A model generated the notes under the pieces. It worked only from the letters and a program-made list of their open reading frames with translations, had not been told where the DNA came from and did not search any database. A stretch of 37,260 nt of DNA, taken from positions 1 to 37,260 of IMG/VR virus record IMGVR_UViG_3300012949_000009, one strand, 5' to 3'. Of the stretch, positions 6,766-13,461 are shown piece by piece. The position numbers and the translations under genes were made by a program. The number at the start of each line of letters is the position of its first letter. Position 1 is the stretch's first letter. The stretch comes from a virus.

Positions 6766-7581
6766 TCAATCATCTTTCTCCCCTCCTATCGCCCTGTCTA
6801 TTTCGGCAAGAGCTTCCTGCGCTTGCGTCATATTGTCATAAGGCTTTAGACCTGATTTATTTTTAAAATAGTTTAGGGTGTATCGTAAGTCATAAATTGC
6901 TTTCCAAGCTTGTTTCAACGCTTCTCTCATCCTCGCCACCTGCGCCCTTAGTTGCTCTATTTGCTTTTCCCTTGCGATTACCTCATCCATATGGCATTTA
7001 GCCTCATATTTCCACTCATCAAGTTTTGCCCGTAGCTGCTCATTTTCCTGCTGCAAGGCTTTATTCTGAACTGTTGAAACTGTTGAAGCTTCGTCTATAA
7101 GCATATAAATTAAGTCAAGCATAAGAGATACTTTTGTTTCTTGCTTCCACGGTTGCTCTCTTATTTTGCTTTTGAGGACATCAGCATCCATTAATCTCAT
7201 GGCACAACCTCGCTTTCCTTCTCTGTTTCCTTTGGTGGTTTCCCCGTCTGCCACAGTTGTTGCAAAATTTGCAATAACTGATTTTTCGTCTAACTCATCT
7301 TCCTTCCCTCCGCTTTCTACTTTTTCATAAGTCATTTCAAAAATATCAGGCTTGCAAGGATAAAAATCACCTTTAACACCTTTTATTATCATGTCACCTG
7401 GACATACAATGTGGTATCCTTCTAATGTTGGACAATTACCGTGTTCATGTGCTAAATGGCCACATTCTTTGCATGTCCAGTTAAAATCGGAATCTATCAT
7501 GCTTATTTTAGCTTCTGGCACTTCGTTTTCAGGCCACTTCCATGCCTCAATTACAATAGGTTTTTTACGATATTTAGCCAT
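6766..7581 (-). CDS. Hypothetical two-part protein: a Cys/His-containing N-terminal phage domain plus a C-terminal coiled coil. Its GC content is atypically high.
   Basis: 271-aa ORF. Hand-counted GC is about 52% for 6781-6840 and 35-43% for 7381-7560, against about 17% for 6121-6180. Confidence 0.6.
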   Translation of the reverse strand: MAKYRKKPIVIEAWKWPENEVPEAKISMIDSDFNWTCKECGHLAHEHGNCPTLEGYHIVCPGDMIIKGVKGDFYPCKPDIFEMTYEKVESGGKEDELDEKSVIANFATTVADGETTKGNREGKRGCAMRLMDADVLKSKIREQPWKQETKVSLMLDLIYMLIDEASTVSTVQNKALQQENEQLRAKLDEWKYEAKCHMDEVIAREKQIEQLRAQVARMREALKQAWKAIYDLRYTLNYFKNKSGLKPYDNMTQAQEALAEIDRAIGGEKDD

Positions 7582-7678
7582 TTAATCATCCTCACTTTCT
7601 AATCAGTTTTCAATATTTCATCTAACCAAATTAATTAAATATTCATCTTGTGTTTTTGATATTTGTTCACATGCTTTT

Positions 7679-8041
7679 TTAGTGTTTATTTATACCACCT
7701 TTATAATATTTTTCTAATACTTCTAATAGTTCCTGTTTTGTTTTTCTTGGTATTTCTTCTAATTTTGCTAAACCTTTTTTAGGCAACCAAATTACGTACA
7801 ATTTTTCAAACGTTTCGCCTTTGGCTAATTCGTAAAAACTTAATTGCCAGCTTAAATATTCGATATCTAATTCAGCGGTAGTTTTTATATCAATTAGCGA
7901 CTTTTTATTATTAACATTAGCAATCATATCAAAAGTTCCACAATATAAATCTTTGTATGCAACTATTTGTTCTTGTTCGATTACTTCTAAATTGTATTTT
8001 TCTTTAATTTTTAGATATTGTTTGAACGATAATTCAATCAA
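7679..8041 (-). CDS. PD-(D/E)XK (Cas4/exonuclease-like) nuclease, C-terminal part. It has a TTG start only.
   Basis: GTFDMI...SLIDIKTT fits a D...(D/E)xK core. It continues from ORF 8046..8276 after a 1-nt frame change. Confidence 0.55.
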   Translation of the reverse strand: MIELSFKQYLKIKEKYNLEVIEQEQIVAYKDLYCGTFDMIANVNNKKSLIDIKTTAELDIEYLSWQLSFYELAKGETFEKLYVIWLPKKGLAKLEEIPRKTKQELLEVLEKYYKGGINKH

Positions 8042-8045
8042 ATAA

Positions 8046-8276
8046 TTAATACCTTCTATTTTTTTGTTTTAAAACATCAATTTCGAACGTTTGTTCTTGT
8101 TCGGCTATTTCTATTACCTTATGTAGAATTGAGCCGTATTCGGCTTTATTTGCTAGAATTTCAGGGGGAACATCTTTGTACTTATCTGGGAATAAGAATT
8201 GTAGTATTTGTGTAACACTTGGTGTTATTATTCCATCAACAAGATAAAGATGTTCCTCTTTTAGAAATTCAATCAT
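8046..8276 (-). CDS. PD-(D/E)XK nuclease, N-terminal part.
   Basis: The HLY..G...PSVTQIL ... YGSILHKVIE pattern is typical of the N-terminus of phage Cas4-like exonucleases. The ORF ends just after an A7 run. Confidence 0.55.
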   Translation of the reverse strand: MIEFLKEEHLYLVDGIITPSVTQILQFLFPDKYKDVPPEILANKAEYGSILHKVIEIAEQEQTFEIDVLKQKNRRY

Positions 8277-8590
8277 TTTATTGTGATTGTAACCGAACTT
8301 GCAACTTCACTGACTTTTGAATATTCCTCGTAAATGTCAGGAAGTTCTTCTTTTAGTCTTTTGCTATCTAATATTGTTCTTGTAGAAGGTTTACGATATG
8401 TTACTTCCAATTCTTCATTCGGACTTGTCCATTTCACAATCCCGTATTTTTCCATCGCCTCTAATAAAGACTCTTTTAATTCTTTTTCTTTAAGTTCGAT
8501 TTCTAATGCTTTTTTCTTAAATTCAACTATTTCTCTTACTACCTCTTCTGCTACAATTATTTCGTTGTTTTCTACTTTTACTAATTCCAT
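8273..8590 (-). CDS. Hypothetical protein, possibly Gp157-like.
   Basis: 105-aa ORF between the annealing protein and the nuclease. Assignment is by position only. Confidence 0.3.
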   Translation of the reverse strand: MELVKVENNEIIVAEEVVREIVEFKKKALEIELKEKELKESLLEAMEKYGIVKWTSPNEELEVTYRKPSTRTILDSKRLKEELPDIYEEYSKVSEVASSVTITIK

Positions 8591-9246
8591 TATTTGCTAC
8601 CACCTTTCTTTATTCTTCCAATCACTTCGCTGGCTTGAACTACTGTCAATTCTTCAAGTGTTGTAACATTGTATTGTGCATATATTTTTTGTTTATCTTC
8701 TTCAGTCAATTTGTTTAAAATTGCAAGTTGGTTTGGTGTTGCTTTAGATGTTACTTTTTTTGTTGTTTGTTTTTGTTCGTCTTCTTGATTATTTGTTTGA
8801 TATTTACTATCTCCCCAATAGACGTCTGCTCCCATTCCTAGAGCCTTACAAGCCACTGATAAAGCGTCAGTATAAGCCATCTTAAAACATTCATCGCTTG
8901 TATATAATCCGTTCTTCTCGTTAGAAATAAAACTGCTCCCACCACTACCTTCAATCGCTTTGCTCCATAAATCTTCTTCTAATCCTAAAGGTTGTTTGTA
9001 ATTAACATATAGTTCAATATCTACCACTGCTATTTTTTCATTATTCGCCCCATCAATAATTTCTTTGTTTATTGTTTTGGTGTACCAACCTAAACCTGCA
9101 GGACCAAATATTTCAGTTAATTTTTCGATTCTCCACATAGGCTTAATATCAGTCATTCCTTTAAGTCTTCCACCTGTAATTTGTTTTTTTGCTTCTTCAG
9201 GAACAGTTTTTACTTTTTCATAAATAGTTAGATTTTTATTTTCCAT
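8590..9246 (-). CDS. Single-strand annealing protein, Rad52-like (Sak/DUF1071-type).
   Basis: The motif GGRLKGMTDIKPMWRIEKLTEIFGPAGLGW recalls DUF1071-type phage recombinases. It is adjacent to the nuclease, SSB and NinB genes. Confidence 0.5.
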   Translation of the reverse strand: MENKNLTIYEKVKTVPEEAKKQITGGRLKGMTDIKPMWRIEKLTEIFGPAGLGWYTKTINKEIIDGANNEKIAVVDIELYVNYKQPLGLEEDLWSKAIEGSGGSSFISNEKNGLYTSDECFKMAYTDALSVACKALGMGADVYWGDSKYQTNNQEDEQKQTTKKVTSKATPNQLAILNKLTEEDKQKIYAQYNVTTLEELTVVQASEVIGRIKKGGSK

Positions 9247-9267
9247 AATTATTTCTCCCTTCTTTTT

Positions 9268-9816
9268 TTAAATCCCTATTTGATAAAGTTTTGGATTAAA
9301 TTCAATCATTCCTTTTTTGCTAAAAAAGTAATTTTCAATTCTTTTTCGTTCTATTTTATCTGTAGTTTTCTGTAAGACTACATTCAACATTTTTTTGTAT
9401 ATTTCTATAAATTTATCTTCTTCCATTTTTCTTAATTCTTCTTTATTTACTTCTTTTCCAAAATATTTAAGTCGTATTTTGTTTATGTATTCTACAGATA
9501 AGCATCTATCATAATGTTTTTGGAAATCATTTAAGTTAACTGCTTGTCCACAAATTCCACAACTAACGTAATATTCTTGTGATTTTAGTTTTTCTTCTTT
9601 GGTTTTAAGATACCTTGTTAGAAATGTAATTTTCGGCTCATATTGTGAATAATCACCTTTAAGATGTTGTTCGAATTTTTTGTGTATATCTTCCTTTTCG
9701 TATGGCTCGACATATCTAAACCACTCTTTAATAACATAATCATCATCATTAAAATTTGGATAATGTGCTTTTATTCTTTTAAATAGTTCTTTTGTTTCAT
9801 TTAAAGTCATTACCAC
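9268..9816 (-). CDS. Replicative helicase loader, G39P-like (loader and inhibitor of G40P).
   Basis: N-terminus FKRIKAHYPNFNDDDYVIKEWFRYVEPYEKEDIHKKFEQHL, and position immediately after the initiator gene. Confidence 0.5.
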   Translation of the reverse strand: MVMTLNETKELFKRIKAHYPNFNDDDYVIKEWFRYVEPYEKEDIHKKFEQHLKGDYSQYEPKITFLTRYLKTKEEKLKSQEYYVSCGICGQAVNLNDFQKHYDRCLSVEYINKIRLKYFGKEVNKEELRKMEEDKFIEIYKKMLNVVLQKTTDKIERKRIENYFFSKKGMIEFNPKLYQIGI

Positions 9817-10544
9817 TCACCCCTTTTCTTCGCTTCTTCTATTTCTTTTTCTAATCTTTTTAATCTTTCTTCTTCTGTTTCTTCAATTTCTACTTCATCA
9901 TTCCAACGTTCACCATTTAACCATGTAGTTGGATAAGGTATGTATTGTTTATTTTTCCATTGTTTGCTTTTTAAATGTTTTTCTAAACCTTCAATTATGC
10001 TATTAAATAATTCTTCATCTGGTTTATTTTTTAAAAACCATTTTTCTGTATCTTTCTTTTTTACCTTTTTTGGATATAGTTCATAAAATTTCAAAAATCT
10101 TTCTTTATATATTTCTTTTAATTCATATGTATTATTAATTGTATTATTAATATATGTATTATTCTCTATCAAATTTTTTTGTATAGGGGTATTCAAAATT
10201 TTTTGTATAGGGTATTCAAAATTTTTTGTATAGGTATTCAAATTTTTTTGTATAGGGTTTGTTTCTATTTTTATATATCTTTGTTTTATTTTTTTTGTTC
10301 CTTCCTCATATAAAATTTCTCTAGTTATATACCCTTTTTCTTCTAATATTTTTAACCAATTTTGTATTGAAGCTTTGCTTACTTTATATAATTCTGTAAA
10401 GTACGTATCGCTGGCCCAGCAATACCCTTTTTCGTTGCATAAAGCGGTAATTTCACCATATAGCAACTTTGCGTTTGCTGTTAATTCTTCATCATATCTT
10501 ACATTTGCAGGTATAATGGCATAATAGTTTTTTTTCTCTTCCAT
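9810..10544 (-). CDS. Replication initiator / replisome organiser with an N-terminal wHTH and a DnaD-like C-terminus.
   Basis: N-terminus [44 protein letters not shown]-terminus IPYPTTWLNGERWNDE, and an internal iteron array. Confidence 0.7.
   Translation of the reverse strand: MEEKKNYYAIIPANVRYDEELTANAKLLYGEITALCNEKGYCWASDTYFTELYKVSKASIQNWLKILEEKGYITREILYEEGTKKIKQRYIKIETNPIQKNLNTYTKNFEYPIQKILNTPIQKNLIENNTYINNTINNTYELKEIYKERFLKFYELYPKKVKKKDTEKWFLKNKPDEELFNSIIEGLEKHLKSKQWKNKQYIPYPTTWLNGERWNDEVEIEETEEERLKRLEKEIEEAKKRGEW
10171..10262. repeat. Four tandem iterons, TTTTTGTATAGG(G)(G)TATTCAAAA, with 22-24 bp periodicity. This is a candidate phage origin of replication.
   Basis: GTATAGG starts at 10181, 10205, 10228 and 10250, inside the initiator gene. 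Confidence 0.65.
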
Positions 10545-10559
10545 AATTTCACCTCTAAT

Positions 10560-10588
10560 TTGACTTTTTCTACTTTTTGTGTTATAAT
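10560..10588 (+). promoter_or_regulatory. Near-consensus promoter (TTGACT, 17 nt, TATAAT, TGt extended -10) pointing antisense to the early operon.
   Basis: TTGACT at 10560-10565, TATAAT at 10583-10588, TG at 10580-10581. Confidence 0.5.
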
Positions 10589-10626
10589 TAGATAGTTTTT
10601 TTAAAAAGTTTATGGACTGTTACTTG

Positions 10627-10842
10627 TTAGCAGTTCTTTTTTAATGTGTATTTTTTGAATGATATTGTCTTTCCATATCTATTTTTCTTGCTTATCCATT
10701 CTTCTTCAAATTCGTATCCCATTTGTTTTAAATCCCATATTCTACTTGGTAGCCTTGTAATGCCCAGTTCTGTATAACTTTCAAATGTTGTAATACTTCC
10801 AAAATCTTTTAGATACTTTAATATCATTTCACATTGATTCAT
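10627..10842 (-). CDS. Winged-helix DNA-binding protein (HTH_39-like).
   Basis: ILKYLKDFGSITTFESYTELGITRLPSRIWDLKQMGYEF...KYTL. Confidence 0.55.
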   Translation of the reverse strand: MNQCEMILKYLKDFGSITTFESYTELGITRLPSRIWDLKQMGYEFEEEWISKKNRYGKTISFKKYTLKKNC

Positions 10843-10908
10843 TTAATCACCTCCTAATAAAATAATCTATTTCATCATCAAGCGTTTCAAAGTTTTTAAA
10901 TTCCCCAT

Positions 10909-11103
10909 TTACATATCCCCCTTACATTGTTCACATATTTTATTAATGCTTAAATCTTCCGTTAATCCATAAGTCCCACATATACTACATTCTTCAATAT
11001 CAAATTCACTTAATAATTCATCTAATGCTAATTCACCATTTAAATAATCTCTGATTTTTTCCCTTTCTTTTCGATATAACATATCTAAAAACATTTCTCT
11101 CAT
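10909..11103 (-). CDS. Hypothetical small zinc-ribbon protein
   Basis: CSICG...CEQC motif, 64 aa. Confidence 0.45.
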   Translation of the reverse strand: MREMFLDMLYRKEREKIRDYLNGELALDELLSEFDIEECSICGTYGLTEDLSINKICEQCKGDM

Positions 11104-11279
11104 TTAAATAAATACCCTTTCAAAGCTTCTACTATTTTTTCTGCTGGTTGATTAGCATTAAGATATAGTTTTATAATCTCTAATTCTTCTTCTAATTTTT
11201 CCGCCTTATGTTTAAAATAATTTATTGCTAACTGTGTTAATTCTTTATCTTCAATAATTTCTACTTTTTCTTTTTTCAT
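11100..11279 (-). CDS. Hypothetical 59-aa protein, below the ORF-track cutoff.
   Basis: RBS AAGGGGGAAAC precedes the ATG at 11279. ATGA stop/start overlap with the next gene. Confidence 0.5.
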   Translation of the reverse strand: MKKEKVEIIEDKELTQLAINYFKHKAEKLEEELEIIKLYLNANQPAEKIVEALKGYLFK

Positions 11280-11328
11280 GTTTCCCCCTTAATTAAATAT
11301 TTTTAATATTTCATCTATTTCTTTGCTC

Positions 11329-11490
11329 TATATAATTCGGTAAAGTACGTATCGCTAGCCCAACAATACCCTTTTTCGTTCACTAGGGCTGTTATCTCTG
11401 CATACAGTAATTTAGCATTCGGAGTTAGTTCTTCATCATATCTTAATTTAATTTTTTGTTTGTAAGGAAATCATTTAATAGTTCTATCAT
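11329..11490 (-). pseudogene. Truncated, frameshifted paralogue of the N-terminal domain of the replication initiator.
   Basis: 11329-11446 aligns with 10385-10500, with only 3 mismatches in the first 55 nt or so. It encodes [38 protein letters not shown]. The ATG at 11490 has RBS AGGTGGTGA but is 1 nt out of frame at an A6 run. Confidence 0.6.
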
Positions 11491-11509
11491 TCAATCACCA
11501 CCTTTCTTA

Positions 11510-11734
11510 TTAATTTTCAACTTCACAAGTTACAACACTTAAACTGCAAAAACGTAACATAGCCTCTTTTTCGCTTTTTTCGGTGTTTTTAGCGTTTTTT
11601 TCTTCAAGTTGATAATTTATATTAACCATAGTTATTTGTTCGTTATTTGTTCGGTTTTTGCTAAAAATTGCCATAATCTGTAATGTTATTAGTGCAATCA
11701 TCGCTAAACATAAAAATTTATCTATTTTTTTCAT
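11510..11734 (-). CDS. Small membrane or secreted protein. The start is taken at MKKIDKF.
   Basis: Hydrophobic N-terminus FLCLAMIALITLQIMAIF. RBS AAAGGTGA precedes the ATG at 11734. Confidence 0.5.
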   Translation of the reverse strand: MKKIDKFLCLAMIALITLQIMAIFSKNRTNNEQITMVNINYQLEEKNAKNTEKSEKEAMLRFCSLSVVTCEVEN

Positions 11735-11815
11735 TTTTATCACCTTTCAAATTTATGTATGTTATTGACCCAAATAATACTATGAATATTAGTGTTATTA
11801 ATAATTCCATTTAAT

Positions 11816-11947
11816 TTATGTAACCCCCTTGATTTTATAAGTAATTTTCACATTTTCACGTTTTTCAATAATTTTGACTAATGTTTCAAAAAAATTTTTA
11901 ATTTGTAAATCTGTTAATTTAATATTTTGTTTGGTAGACTTATTCAT
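11816..11947 (-). CDS. Hypothetical 43-aa protein downstream of cro.
   Basis: RBS GAGGTGAAAGAA precedes the ATG at 11947. Confidence 0.4.
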   Translation of the reverse strand: MNKSTKQNIKLTDLQIKNFFETLVKIIEKRENVKITYKIKGVT

Positions 11948-11985
11948 TTCTTTCACCTCAATAAATTTTATTCATTTTACTTGTC

Positions 11986-12180
11986 CTATTTTTCAAATAA
12001 ATAATCAATTGTTAAGTTTGGGAAAATTTCTTTTTGTATAGTTTGCATCTCTGATAATGTGAATTCTCTTTTCCCATTGATTTTTGCTGAAATAGTAGAA
12101 CGATGAATTTTTAAAATATTTGCTATATCTTGGGTTGTTAAACCACTTCTTGCCATTTCAGCTTTTAAATTACGAAACAT
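11986..12180 (-). CDS. cro: Cro-like XRE-family HTH regulator. The start is taken at MFRNLKAEMAR.
   Basis: HTH GLTTQDIANILKIHRSTISAKINGKR. A perfect RBS AGGAGGTGA precedes the ATG at 12180. It is divergent from the repressor gene. Confidence 0.75.
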   Translation of the reverse strand: MFRNLKAEMARSGLTTQDIANILKIHRSTISAKINGKREFTLSEMQTIQKEIFPNLTIDYLFEK

Positions 12181-12204
12181 ACTCTCACCTCCTATTCCAA
12201 AATA

Positions 12205-12218
12205 TACGATGTATCGTA
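12205..12218. promoter_or_regulatory. Operator 1, TACGATGTATCGTA.
   Basis: One of three copies of TACGAT-NN-(A/G)TCGT(A/G) in the cro-repressor intergenic region. Confidence 0.6.
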
Positions 12219-12229
12219 CATTCAACTTA

Positions 12230-12258
12230 ATTATATACGATATATCGTGCATTGTCAA
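12230..12258 (-). promoter_or_regulatory. Early (cro) promoter: TTGACA, 17 nt, TATAAT. Operator 2 (12236-12249) fills the spacer.
   Basis: The minus strand reads TTGACAATGCACGATATATCGTATATAAT. Confidence 0.75.
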
Positions 12259-12277
12259 CACCAAAAAACAAAAAAAA

Positions 12278-12291
12278 TACGATTTGTCGTA
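12278..12291. promoter_or_regulatory. Operator 3, TACGATTTGTCGTA.
   Basis: Third copy of the operator motif, just upstream of the weak repressor-gene promoter region (TATAAT at 12322-12327). Confidence 0.55.
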
Positions 12292-12352
12292 TTTTTTGTC
12301 TTTACTTTTTGTTTTTTTTCATATAATATATATATAAGAAAGGAGGAAAATC

Positions 12353-12745
12353 ATGTCTTTCTTAGAAAAAATAGAATTGTTAATGAAAGAAAATAACATT
12401 AAAAACTTAAACCAATTAGCTGAAAAAACAGGAGTACCATATACAACAATCAGAAGTTTTTATGAACATGGTGGAGAAAATATAAAATTATCTACTTTAA
12501 AAAAGTTATCTGATTTCTTTAAATGTTCTTTAGATTATTTGGTTAACGAATACTCAACAGAAGAAAAAGAAAACAATTGCCCAGATAGAATAATACCAGA
12601 TTGTGAATTAACAAGAAGATTGCAACAATTAAACGAAAACGAAGGTATTAGAATTTTGTTTAACAAGGTTGGGGAATTAACAGAAAAAGAATTGCAACAA
12701 GTTTTAGACATCGTAGAAATAATTAAAAGAGAACGTAATAATTAA
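12353..12745 (+). CDS. CI-like / ImmR-like XRE-family repressor
   Basis: HTH NLNQLAEKTGVPYTTIRSFYEHG with RBS AAAGGAGGA. It is divergent from cro and upstream of an ImmA-like gene. Confidence 0.75.
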   Translation: MSFLEKIELLMKENNIKNLNQLAEKTGVPYTTIRSFYEHGGENIKLSTLKKLSDFFKCSLDYLVNEYSTEEKENNCPDRIIPDCELTRRLQQLNENEGIRILFNKVGELTEKELQQVLDIVEIIKRERNN

Positions 12746-12765
12746 TCTGCGAGGTGTGTAGTAAT

Positions 12766-13053
12766 ATGGATATAGAAAAAATAACAGAAGATAATTTATT
12801 AACAAGCTATATTTACAAAAAAATATATCCTTTATCTAATAAAATAAAAGCATTTATTATAGAGGCAGGATTAGATAAATATATTATAATTAATAGTAAT
12901 ATTTCTATTAATAGTCAAAAAAAAGCACTATTCCACGAAATAGCGCATATAGAACTACAACATTTTAAAAATTATACAGCTATGAATTTGAAAGATGCTG
13001 ATTTAGAAGTTGAACAATTATTAAAATTTTTAAACGATGAGTGTTTATTTTAA
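12766..13053 (+). CDS. ImmA/IrrE-family zinc metallopeptidase, short form. It is a putative anti-repressor protease.
   Basis: HEXXH motif in FHEIAHIELQH. It lies directly downstream of the XRE repressor gene. Confidence 0.6.
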   Translation: MDIEKITEDNLLTSYIYKKIYPLSNKIKAFIIEAGLDKYIIINSNISINSQKKALFHEIAHIELQHFKNYTAMNLKDADLEVEQLLKFLNDECLF

Positions 13054-13071
13054 TAAAAAAAGGAGGTAAAT

Positions 13072-13449
13072 ATGAAAAAAATGTTTATGGTTTTATTAAT
13101 TGCTAGTTTTTTATTTATAATAGGTTGTGAAAATCAAGAGAACACCAATTTAGATAAAGATTATATCGAAGTTGACGCTGCACAATTTTTATTTTTAGTT
13201 ACACAAGATGCTTTATTTAGAATCACAGAAGGAAAGGATAGTTTAAATTGTTATAATATCATCGATTTAACACCAGAAAAATTATATTATAGAAACGCTA
13301 AAAATTATACAGGGTCAATATATAAAAAATTTGGGGAATGGCAGTTGGAAATGTCAGACGGAATATATTTTATTACTTCAAGTTTAGATGAAGATACAAA
13401 AATAATTACAAGTAATAAAACAGCTAAAACATGCAACGAAAGATATTAA
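13072..13449 (+). CDS. Lipoprotein expressed from the prophage.
   Basis: Signal peptide plus lipobox MKKMFMVLLIASFLFIIGC, with RBS AAGGAGGT. Confidence 0.7.
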   Translation: MKKMFMVLLIASFLFIIGCENQENTNLDKDYIEVDAAQFLFLVTQDALFRITEGKDSLNCYNIIDLTPEKLYYRNAKNYTGSIYKKFGEWQLEMSDGIYFITSSLDEDTKIITSNKTAKTCNERY

Positions 13450-13461
13450 GGAAGTGATATA

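Noticed and set aside
8084-8096. CGAACGTTTGTTC, which matches the Firmicute SOS (Cheo) box pattern GAAC-N4-GTTC. It might be a target of the LexA-domain protein.
   Set aside because: It is a single occurrence, inside a coding region. By a rough frequency estimate, about one such match is expected by chance in a window of this size.
10171-10262. The tandem repeat array as a possible CRISPR or minisatellite.
   Set aside because: The repeats are contiguous with no spacers, there are only four units, and they lie inside the initiator gene. Iterons are the better explanation.
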